Assembly (NCBI GenBank): GCA_029268695.1 | Contig: JAQWNJ010000014.1 | Coordinates: 64,751-128,750, forward strand | Reading direction: 5' to 3' | Source of the DNA: Bacteroidia bacterium | GTDB taxonomy: Bacteria; Bacteroidota; Bacteroidia; NS11-12g; UBA9320 | DNA: 64,000 bases | In this document: piece after piece, positions 39,489-49,100 of the stretch | Layout: every line of letters begins with the position of its first letter | How positions within the stretch are numbered: the first letter of the stretch is position 1 | Program-made: the position numbers and the translations under genes | Notes under the pieces: generated by a model | Database searches by the model: none | What the model was told of the DNA's origin: nothing | What the model saw: only the letters and a program-made list of their open reading frames with translations

Positions 39489-42044
39489 ATGAAAACATCA
39501 TCATATACGTACCAATTTTTTATTTCTAAAGTTCGTGCTCTAGCTGTTATATTGACGCTATTGGTTTGTACTTTTTCCTCTAATGCCTCCCATGTAGTCG
39601 GTGGAGAATTGTATTATAATCGAGTGCTGAATCAATTTGGTAATGTTCGGTATGAAATAGTCTTCAAAATTTATTTTGACTGTCAGAATGCTAATCCTGG
39701 AACAATTGATCGAGATGGAAATCTTGCATACATTGGTGTGTTCGATGCTGTTACCAATGCACGCAAACAGACCATATCACTAAATAATGGTGTTAGAAAA
39801 GTCGTCAATTCGGTAAACTATGAATGCGTTAAAGAACCTTCTGGTGTTTGTGTAGTTCAATATACCTACAAAAAAACAGTATTCCTCAATCCTGGCACAA
39901 ATGGGCTTATTCTTTCTCATCAACTTTGTTGCAGAAATGCAATTACAGATAATGTAAACGATGCCGGAAACACAGGGTCAACCTATTGGAGTTATATCCC
40001 TCCTTCAAGCACTAACAATTCAAGTCCAAGATTCAAAAATATACCTCCAACATATGTATGTATCAACGCTCCTCTGACATTAGACTATAGTGCTCAAGAT
40101 CCAGATGGCGATTCTCTGGTTTATGAATTTTATACGCCTTTCTTGGGTGGATCAGCTACAGATCCAAAACCAGAAAATCCTAGCCCTCCTCCATATGCGT
40201 TATTAACATGGAATCCTTCTTTCTCTTCCAAAAATCAAGTTACAGGGAGCCCTTCTAGTTTCATTAATAGGCAAACAGGAGAATATACACTCACTCCCAC
40301 AGCTAAAGGAACTTATGCCGTTGGTGTTCGAGTACTTGAATATCGAAATGGGAGCCTTCTTGGCTCTACATTAAGCGATTACCAATTTACAGTCATTGAT
40401 TGTCAATTTGATGTAATTGCTAATTTCAACATACCAGGAGGGACAGCAGTTGGCGGTTCATATGCATTTGAATGTGGGGATACTGCTCGTTTCAACAACA
40501 TAAGTAACTGGAATAAAGTGAAAACACCCAAAGTAAAGTTCTTTTGGGATTTTGGAGATCCAACTACCAAGAATGATACACTAACAACATTCAACCTAAA
40601 TGATAAAGTTGAATATGTATATCCTGGAAATGGTGATTATACTATTAGTTTGAACATCATCTCTTCTATATGCAACGATACGTACAAATATGGTGTTCGG
40701 ATTCGATCCACTAAAGATGTGAACTTAGGGCCAGATCGTATATTCTGTAATGATTTCTCTATCCTACTTGACACAAAAGCACCAGATGCTATCTCCGTAG
40801 ATTGGAATACTGGAGCTACAGGAAGTAGAATAACAGTTAGCGATACTGGGACATATATACCAACGGTATCCTATGGAAAATGCGTTTATAAAGATACCGT
40901 TCAATTAACATATGATAAAGTTCCTACATTGAGATTGCCAAATGATACTTTGGAATGTGATACACTCATTGATGTAATTTTAGATGCTGGCATATCTGGC
41001 CTAAGCTATTCTTGGAATACAACCCCTCCTACATTATCCCAAAAGCTAAATGTTAATTCTGCCGGGGATTACATAGTCACCGCTATGAACCTAAATTGTA
41101 TAATTAAAGATACCATTCGGGTATGGCAAGCAACTCATCCCAAAGTGGAAAACGCATTTTATTGCAATGAATTTAACCATTTAGTTGACCTAAATGGTAT
41201 AGAAGAAGCTGAATATTTATGGGACAATGGAAGTTCTACTTCAGCTGTGACATACACAAGTCCTGGTAAACGCTGGATTCAATTAACTCAAAGACACTGC
41301 ATCAACTCCGACACGTTCATCATCGACAATTCTGGCGTTGATCTTGAATTGGGTGAAGACCAACACTTTTGTGATTTCATCGCTACTACATTAGACGCTG
41401 GTTCTGATGGTATAAAATATTCTTGGAATAATGGTGATACCACACAAACAATCAATGTGAGCACTCCAGGAAAGTATCGTGTTCTCGTTGAGAATAAAGA
41501 TGGGTGTACCAACTCAGACTCTGTTTTGGTAAGTGTGTCCAACTCCCCCACTTTCAATCTGGGTAGTGATACAACCATTTGTATCAACTCCCCTACAACC
41601 ATATCAGCCCCATCTGGATTTGTAAAATATTTATGGAATGATGAAAGTAGTGGGCAAAGCATTACAACCATTTTGGAAGGACTCTACAAAGTTACGGTTA
41701 CAGATAATTTAGGCTGTATAGGCTCAGATAGTCTATTTATTACAGTAGATGAAAATGCTCTACCCAATGAAATGTACTTCCCTAATGCATTTACCCCAAA
41801 TGGGGATAACTTAAATGAACTTTTCCCATATCAAATTGATGTCGCTCAGCCAGCATACTACATTATCATATACTCTAGGTGGGGAGAAAAAGTGTTCGAC
41901 TCAAGAACTTCATTAACAGATAATTGGGATGGAACATATCAAGGGAAAAAAGTTCCAAATGAAACCTTCTTTTACTATGTTAACTACAGAGGTTGTGATG
42001 GGAATACTCGAAATTCTAAAGGTACCGTCCAGCCCATTTATTGA
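39489..42044 (+). CDS. Large secreted adhesin-like protein with a T9SS type-B (gliding-motility-associated) C-terminal domain
   Basis: It has a signal peptide. The C-terminal ~90 aa (FPNAFTPNGDNLNELF...IYSRWGEKVF...NWDGTYQGKKVPNETFFYYVNY) match the TIGR04131-type CTD. The body has Ig/PKD-like beta repeats. Confidence 0.75.
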   Translation: MKTSSYTYQFFISKVRALAVILTLLVCTFSSNASHVVGGELYYNRVLNQFGNVRYEIVFKIYFDCQNANPGTIDRDGNLAYIGVFDAVTNARKQTISLNNGVRKVVNSVNYECVKEPSGVCVVQYTYKKTVFLNPGTNGLILSHQLCCRNAITDNVNDAGNTGSTYWSYIPPSSTNNSSPRFKNIPPTYVCINAPLTLDYSAQDPDGDSLVYEFYTPFLGGSATDPKPENPSPPPYALLTWNPSFSSKNQVTGSPSSFINRQTGEYTLTPTAKGTYAVGVRVLEYRNGSLLGSTLSDYQFTVIDCQFDVIANFNIPGGTAVGGSYAFECGDTARFNNISNWNKVKTPKVKFFWDFGDPTTKNDTLTTFNLNDKVEYVYPGNGDYTISLNIISSICNDTYKYGVRIRSTKDVNLGPDRIFCNDFSILLDTKAPDAISVDWNTGATGSRITVSDTGTYIPTVSYGKCVYKDTVQLTYDKVPTLRLPNDTLECDTLIDVILDAGISGLSYSWNTTPPTLSQKLNVNSAGDYIVTAMNLNCIIKDTIRVWQATHPKVENAFYCNEFNHLVDLNGIEEAEYLWDNGSSTSAVTYTSPGKRWIQLTQRHCINSDTFIIDNSGVDLELGEDQHFCDFIATTLDAGSDGIKYSWNNGDTTQTINVSTPGKYRVLVENKDGCTNSDSVLVSVSNSPTFNLGSDTTICINSPTTISAPSGFVKYLWNDESSGQSITTILEGLYKVTVTDNLGCIGSDSLFITVDENALPNEMYFPNAFTPNGDNLNELFPYQIDVAQPAYYIIIYSRWGEKVFDSRTSLTDNWDGTYQGKKVPNETFFYYVNYRGCDGNTRNSKGTVQPIY

Positions 42045-42463
42045 AGTTTACAAAACGCTTCTTTATCCATTTCAAAAGTTAAAATATTCATAATAGTTGG
42101 GCTTAATTCGTGCCACTTAAAAAGATGCTGATTGAATTTTCCCACACGGGTATTTTGAATAATCTCGTAATTTTTAATCTTGTCCTCAGACTTAATAAGG
42201 TAATGAACTGCTAAGACTTGTTCATCTTCATTAAATGCACTTTGAATATATTTTTCTGAGACATTGATTAGCTTTGTTTGGCTTATCTTGACACCCAATT
42301 CTTCCATAAACTCACGTTTCAAACATTCTAGAGCTCCTTCTCCATACTCTAATCCTCCACCAGGGAATTTTGTCATTTCATATCCATCAATATTTTCGTG
42401 GCTTAGTAATATTTTATTACTTTTAATCCAAATACCATAAACGCGTATATTAAATTTGCTCAT
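42038..42463 (-). CDS. NUDIX hydrolase
   Basis: The Nudix box is GGGLEYGEGALECLKREFMEELGV. Confidence 0.75.
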   Translation of the reverse strand: MSKFNIRVYGIWIKSNKILLSHENIDGYEMTKFPGGGLEYGEGALECLKREFMEELGVKISQTKLINVSEKYIQSAFNEDEQVLAVHYLIKSEDKIKNYEIIQNTRVGKFNQHLFKWHELSPTIMNILTFEMDKEAFCKLQ

Positions 42464-42468
42464 TCTTT

Positions 42469-43803
42469 ATGACATCAATTTTAATTAAAAATGGACTATT
42501 AATTAACGAAAACGAAAAATTCATAGCAGATATATTTATAGAAGGTGATCTTATAACTGAAATTTCAAAAAATGGAATTAATAGAAACGCTTCTCAAGTA
42601 ATTGAAGCAGAAGGCAAATGGGTCATGCCTGGCGTTATTGATGATCAAGTTCATTTCAGAGAACCCGGATTAACACATAAAGCTGAAATTTATACTGAAG
42701 CTAAAGCTGCTGTGGCAGGAGGAACCACCTCGTTTATGGAAATGCCCAATACAAATCCCCAAGCTACAACGCAATTAGAATTAGAGAAGAAGTATTCCAG
42801 AGCGAAACAATGTTCTTTGGCGAATTACTCATTTTTTATGGGTGGAACCAATGATAATTTGGAGGAAGTATTAAAAACTGATCCAGAAAATATTTGTGGA
42901 ATAAAATTATTTATGGGTAGTAGCACAGGGAACATGCTCGTAGATAACGAGCAGACTCTTCGGAGTATATTTTCAAAAACACCCATGTTGATTGCTACTC
43001 ACTGCGAGGATGAATCAACCATCCGAAGAAATACTTCCATTTTTAAGAAAAAGTATGGCACCAAAATCCCATTTGAAGCACATCCTATTATTCGAAATCA
43101 TGAAGCTTGCTACCTTTCTAGTAAAATGGCTACAGATCTTGCAAAAGAATACAATGCCAGGCTTCATATTTTACATATATCCACTGAAAAAGAAATTGAA
43201 CTTTTCACTAACGCTATCCCCTTGCAAGAAAAAAAAATAACGGCGGAAGTATGTGTTCATCACTTGAGTCTAAATGATACTTATTATACGGAAAAACAAA
43301 GCTTAATTAAGTGTAACCCCGCAATAAAATCAGAAAAAGATCAAGCAGCACTTTGGCATGCTTTAAATAATGATTACTTTGATATCATTGCTACAGATCA
43401 CGCCCCACACACATGGGAAGAAAAGATGAATGATTACCTCGATGCCCCTAGTGGACTTCCTCTTGTACAACATAGCCTTCAATTAATGATTGAACATGTT
43501 AAGTCAAGTAAGATAGCTATTGAAAAAATGGTTCAAAAAATGTGTCATGCTCCTGCTCAATTATTTAATATCAACAAAAGAGGTTTTTTAAGAGAGGGAT
43601 ATTTCGCTGATATTGTTATCATCAACCCTGAAACGCAAGAAATTGTAACAAAAAACAATATTCACTACAAATGTGGTTGGAGCCCCTTTGAAGGACAACG
43701 ATTTACATCATCTATTGATCACACAATTGTATCTGGACACATGGCCTTTTCAAAAGGAAAGTTTAACGAGACAAGACTAGGACATCGATTAACATTTAAT
43801 TAA
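42469..43803 (+). CDS. pyrC: Dihydroorotase (cyclic amidohydrolase superfamily)
   Basis: The metal ligands and blocks are present (PGVIDDQVHFREPG, TSFMEMPNTNP, ATDHAPH). Confidence 0.65.
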   Translation: MTSILIKNGLLINENEKFIADIFIEGDLITEISKNGINRNASQVIEAEGKWVMPGVIDDQVHFREPGLTHKAEIYTEAKAAVAGGTTSFMEMPNTNPQATTQLELEKKYSRAKQCSLANYSFFMGGTNDNLEEVLKTDPENICGIKLFMGSSTGNMLVDNEQTLRSIFSKTPMLIATHCEDESTIRRNTSIFKKKYGTKIPFEAHPIIRNHEACYLSSKMATDLAKEYNARLHILHISTEKEIELFTNAIPLQEKKITAEVCVHHLSLNDTYYTEKQSLIKCNPAIKSEKDQAALWHALNNDYFDIIATDHAPHTWEEKMNDYLDAPSGLPLVQHSLQLMIEHVKSSKIAIEKMVQKMCHAPAQLFNINKRGFLREGYFADIVIINPETQEIVTKNNIHYKCGWSPFEGQRFTSSIDHTIVSGHMAFSKGKFNETRLGHRLTFN

Positions 43804-43838
43804 TAACACTGTTAATAAACTATCTTTGAAATTTTATT

Positions 43839-44303
43839 ATGCAAGTCAATAAAGCAATCCAGCTATTTGAAAAATCAATTCAAAAACACCTAAATATAAA
43901 ACCTGAAGAGATTCGCTGTAAAAATGACGGTGAATATGTAATTGTTAGGGGTAAATCTACTGAGGTTTATGTTGATATATGGCAACCTGAACAAACCAGT
44001 CAATGGCAATATTTTGATCGTGAAAAGATTGCCGGAATATTCCAAATTGTTTCCCCTATTTGTGAATATCCTCATGAAGAACATTTAGGGCAATTTATGG
44101 AAGAATTAGCTCATCTTAACTTTCATCTTTTTTCTGCAAAATTCGTAGCCAATGCTCAACAAAAAATTATAAGCATACAATACAAACGTATTTTGGAAGG
44201 GTTAAATGAAACTGAAATTATTGAACCTATTGAGGCCGTTGGTTATTATGCTGAAAACTTAAAAGAATATCTTGCCGAAAAATACCACGTTAAAAAAATT
44301 TAA
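43839..44303 (+). CDS. Hypothetical cytoplasmic protein (possibly YbjN-like)
   Basis: It is 154 aa with no signal peptide and weak resemblance only. Confidence 0.25.
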   Translation: MQVNKAIQLFEKSIQKHLNIKPEEIRCKNDGEYVIVRGKSTEVYVDIWQPEQTSQWQYFDREKIAGIFQIVSPICEYPHEEHLGQFMEELAHLNFHLFSAKFVANAQQKIISIQYKRILEGLNETEIIEPIEAVGYYAENLKEYLAEKYHVKKI

Positions 44304-44358
44304 CTGATTTACGGACAACTATTTTTATTATAGTAACATCTAATAAGTAATCCATGCG

Positions 44359-44901
44359 ATGAGCAATGATAAACATAATGACATATCATTAATAAAAGCT
44401 TGCAGCAATGGAGATCATAACGCTTTTAATAAAATATATAATAAGTACGCTGGACTAATGTATAGTATCTGTCTAAGATATATGAATTCACATAATGATG
44501 CCCAAGATGCTTTGCAGGAAGGGTTTATCAAAGTGTTTAATAAAATATCATCTTATTCATTTTCTGGGAGTTTTGAAGGTTGGATGAAAAAAATATTTAT
44601 TAATACGAGCATAGAGCTTATACGAAAGAAAAAATATCACCAAGATATCAATGACATAAGAGACTCTGAATTCAAGACAACATCTAAAATAAATGTTGGG
44701 TCTTTGGATGCTAAGAAAATGATTGATTTGATCCAAAAACTTCCTCAGGGTTATCGAACAGTATTCAACATGTATGTCATCGATGGGTATTCCCACAAAG
44801 AGATTTCTGAAATGCTTGATATTTCTGAGAGCACCAGTAAAACACAGTTATTTAAGGCACGTAAACAGCTTCAAATAAAATTAAAAGGATGGTTTGAATA
44901 A
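44359..44901 (+). CDS. RNA polymerase ECF-type sigma-70 factor
   Basis: Region 2 is present (YNKYAGLMYSICLRYMNSHNDAQDALQEGFIKVFNKI), as is a region 4 HTH (GYSHKEISEMLDISESTSKTQLFKARKQL). Confidence 0.85.
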   Translation: MSNDKHNDISLIKACSNGDHNAFNKIYNKYAGLMYSICLRYMNSHNDAQDALQEGFIKVFNKISSYSFSGSFEGWMKKIFINTSIELIRKKKYHQDINDIRDSEFKTTSKINVGSLDAKKMIDLIQKLPQGYRTVFNMYVIDGYSHKEISEMLDISESTSKTQLFKARKQLQIKLKGWFE

Positions 44902-46118
44902 TGAAAAAATTCAAAAACATATCAGAATTTGAAAGACTACTCAAAGACCAACTTGAGAATCATGCTACTCCACCACCATCATCAATTATAGAAAATTTTG
45001 ACCTTTCATCCATAAAGCAATCTAATGCAAAAACTTCAAAAATTATTGAATTAATTAAAAATCCAATTCAAGCAATTAAGATGGTCTCAATTATTGGGGC
45101 CTCTGCTACCATCCTATTTTTTGCAGTAAAAAATAAAAACTCCCCAATAAAAGATCTAAACGATACTATATCTGAGCATTCTTTCAGAACCATTGCAGAC
45201 TCTACTGTAAATATGCAAGACACTGAAAGCATTGAAAAAGATCTAAACGACATCCCAAAAGAGTTAAAAACATTCAAAAATGGTACGACAAACTCTTTAA
45301 TTCAGACATTACAGACAAAAAGTACTCAGGAAACTCAAATGTCTTTTAAAATTGTTGAGGACGAATCTGACAAGTCAATTAATACCGGGGAAATACCCGA
45401 AAATTTAGATGTATCTAATTTTAATCCATGCATCGGTGAAATAATCACCTTGAAAAGCAGGACCAAGGGAGACTGGTACATTAATAATCAAATATTTTCT
45501 AGAAATGCTGACCTTATTGAATATAAAGCAGATACTGATCAACCTGTTTCAATAGTTTTTACAAACGAGCATGGCGAAACTCATGAAGTGATTGAAGGCT
45601 TGAAAACTAACTATCAAATAATCACTAAAAAAATCGATTTTAACACATTCTCATTCTCAATAAACAATCAAAACATCCTTGCTAACTGGTATCTTGGTGA
45701 CACATTAATAGCTAAAAATACAAACAAATGCCAACTTAAAGAAAAACTAGTAGGTGAGTACGTAATTAAAACCGTACCCATAAATATTCCTTGTGCTGAA
45801 AAAAGTAAAACGACATTTCAAGTCAAAAGCGAAGGATCTATTAAGTTTTTCAATGTATTTACACCTAACGGAGATGGTACTAACGATGAATACCCGGTAG
45901 AAATAAGTAACTATGAAAATTATAAGATTCTCATTTTTAACCAAAGGAATGGCCAAATTATATTTACATCCGACAACCCTGAGAATCGATGGAACGGGAG
46001 CATAAATAATATTGGTGAAAATTGCCCTCCTGGAGAATATCTAGCTAAAATTAATTACACCTTAAAAGGAGAAAAACCTCAGACAAAGAATATAAAATTC
46101 ACGTTAATACGCCCCTAA
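44901..46118 (+). CDS. Anti-sigma-like single-pass membrane protein carrying a T9SS type-B C-terminal domain
   Basis: Its ATG overlaps the sigma stop (TAATGA). The first ~58 aa are hydrophilic, one TM follows (IKMVSIIGASATILFFAV, nt ~45078-45128), then a low-complexity S/T/N linker and a beta domain. The C-terminus is FFNVFTPNGDGTNDEY...ILIFNQRNGQIIF...RWNGS...CPPGEYLAKINY...KFTLIRP, a type-B CTD. Confidence 0.55.
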   Translation: MKKFKNISEFERLLKDQLENHATPPPSSIIENFDLSSIKQSNAKTSKIIELIKNPIQAIKMVSIIGASATILFFAVKNKNSPIKDLNDTISEHSFRTIADSTVNMQDTESIEKDLNDIPKELKTFKNGTTNSLIQTLQTKSTQETQMSFKIVEDESDKSINTGEIPENLDVSNFNPCIGEIITLKSRTKGDWYINNQIFSRNADLIEYKADTDQPVSIVFTNEHGETHEVIEGLKTNYQIITKKIDFNTFSFSINNQNILANWYLGDTLIAKNTNKCQLKEKLVGEYVIKTVPINIPCAEKSKTTFQVKSEGSIKFFNVFTPNGDGTNDEYPVEISNYENYKILIFNQRNGQIIFTSDNPENRWNGSINNIGENCPPGEYLAKINYTLKGEKPQTKNIKFTLIRP

Positions 46119-46183
46119 ATTTGAATATTATGACGAAGCAAACTAACTTTACAAACTTTTTTATGAATTATAATAATCTCATT

Positions 46184-49100
46184 ATGAATATTTCAGGATC
46201 AAAATATGTATTTATCAAATACATATTTACATTGTTATTTATCTCATCAAGTATCATTGGTTATTCCCAATGTAGCCCAAAAGTGGTCAGAACTGATGGC
46301 ACATTGAGCACATCAGGTACTTTTTGTGAAGGTCAAATTATATCATTTGAAGCCAACTCCCCAGGATATACCACTACCATTGAGTGGGATTTTGGGTACA
46401 ACAATAACAAGAGTAGTGCTGAGAAACCCACCTTCAACTACCCTGTTGCAGGCACATACACCGTTACCTTTAAAGGGGACGGTTTTGCAGGTCAGTGTAC
46501 CGAAACGTTAACAATTACAGTTAAGCCTTCACCGGATATTTATTTTAAACGCTTGAATGATTCTGCACAATGTTTTAAAAGTAATTTATTTTGTTTTCAA
46601 GACAGTTCACAAGCACCAAGTGGTCTAATTGTGAGGCAAACCTATGTATTCAGTAACGGATTGCGAATAGATTCTATAAACCCGACCTTTCCTTACTCAT
46701 TTTGTGTAGATATTACAGACCCTAGCGGAGGATTTTTTGATTTGGTTATAGAATCTGAAGACTCTAGTGGTTGTGTTAGCAAACTATCATTCAAAGATTA
46801 CCTCTACGTTTATCCAAAATTAGGTATAGAATTTCAAAACCTGACACCTAACCCAAATCCAAATTGTGATTCCACATTAGGTGTATATAAAAATGTTTCA
46901 CTGGTTCCATTATCAGACATAGACTCTTTCGAGTGGGTATTTGGAGATGGAAATTCTGTAAAAGGTAACTCAACAACTAATACAGAATGGTGGAATGGCC
47001 TTGATCCAGCTGAACCAGGAATTATAAAGCACATGTACCGTAAAAATGGAACATTTGACGGAACACTGATTGCATCAGCATATGGATGTAGTGACACCTT
47101 TACTTTTAAAGCAGCTGTAGGCAATATTCTGCTAGAACCTAAAATTATCTCGACACCAAACCCTGCTTGTACGTCAGACAATCCAATTGAATTTTCAGTT
47201 CAAGGACTAAATGGAGCTAATGTGAGTTCATTCTTATGGAATTTTGGTAATCCTCCAGCGGGTCCACCAAACTTTAATGATAAGACTTTAACTCCAGAAT
47301 TTTCTTATGGACCAGGCCCTTGGATGATTAGTCTTAGATTACAATCAGGACCATGTGATATCACTGTATATGACACCGTTCAAGTTATCGGCCCTGGATC
47401 TACAATTGAAGTTGCATTTGATAGGGTTGCAGAAGATCAGGCATACCAATGTGTGATTGAAGATACCGTTTGTTTCCCGAATAATTCCTCTTATTATCAA
47501 AATGACTTCAATCAATTGGATGAAGATTCAATTGTTTTCTACTATAAATATACATTCGAGCGAGTGTATGACATCAGTTCAGGACTTTACACTTGGCATT
47601 ACAAGACTTGGGAGGAAAGACCACGTGGTAATTTCCTGCTCAATGATTCTACTTATGGCAACACGGATACAATCATCAACAATGGCTATAAAGTGTATTA
47701 TGATGCTTCAAAAGACTCCATAGCAGCAATTAGTGGAGGCGATACCACTTGGCACAAAGACTTTTACGCTGCAGCCCCAAATTTGAGTTATCGTTTCGGA
47801 GTTGATGGGAAAAAGCGATTTGTTTTCAACTATACACCTCCAGCAGGTAGAGGTGGGGTTGGAGTCGGAGACCAAACCGCTATTCCTCCAGCTGAGCAAT
47901 ATAAAGATTATAGACCAAATGTATGGAGAGTGTGGGATATGGGAGACCAATATGCACCTCAATGTACAACTGACTCAAGACCTTGGGTAAACAAAAATGT
48001 CGGCATAAATTGTAATTGGGTGATTGATAGTGCTCCATGCCATTGGTACACACCGTGGGACGAAATTTACAGTACTTTCCAAGAAGGTAGAAACTACACT
48101 CAACCATACCGAGAGACCCGAATATCAAAACCCTTAAGAGAGTGCTATGTGGTAAACATTTATGCTGCTGACACCATGATTGTTCCTGGCGATACAGTCT
48201 TAACAATTCCAATTGACTCATCCTACACTTATCGTGGTGTGAATATTCCAGCAGGTGTAACTTATGCAAACAATAGGCTTGGGAATTGGATTGTAAGACG
48301 TCCACCCTCTAAATTTTATGGAACTAAGTTTTATTGGGATGCTGCAAGAGACACCTTCGTTGCAATAAATAATATTGTAGACACTACCTTACATAATGAA
48401 GATTCATTAGGTAGAAATAATCCTCGTAATGGAAAAGGAAATACCCAATGGACCATAACATATCACGACATGGAATTCAGTATTCCCGCAGGTGTCACTA
48501 TTGATATACTAAAACTTGATGCTCCTGGTGGAGGTGGTGGTGCTGGTGCGACCAGATCTATCACAGGTCCAAGAAAAGTCATTATTGAAGCTGACGAACA
48601 GTTTACTTTGTATAGTCTTGATTCAATTACTCCAACAATATATATTGAAGAAAACGATCCTGACACCACCTATGCTCAACCATCTGCTTACGTTGTTCAA
48701 GAAGAAAGGTTTGGTATCCCTGTAAGGGTCGTAAAACAAGCTGTGTTTGTTGACTCAGCAGGTCACCGCGAAAAATGGTTTACTGATCAAGCAGTATGTT
48801 TTAATGTTTCTCTTTGGCAAAAAGATACAATTCACCCATTGTTATGTGAGTCTACGAGTACAAAATCATTAGCACTTATCCCACCAAATGCAAAAGGATT
48901 AGAATGGGTTAGTGGAACACCTTGTCCATTTGATGGGAACAATTTAAATTATATTCTCACTTTTGATATATCTGAGACTAAGCCAGGCTGTACACAACAG
49001 TGGTTTGCAGTAAATCTAGATACTTTTGCTGACCCAAATGCCTTTATTCCATTCAACCAAGGGCTCTTGGCTCCACCACCACCAGGGCTCCCCATACCTT

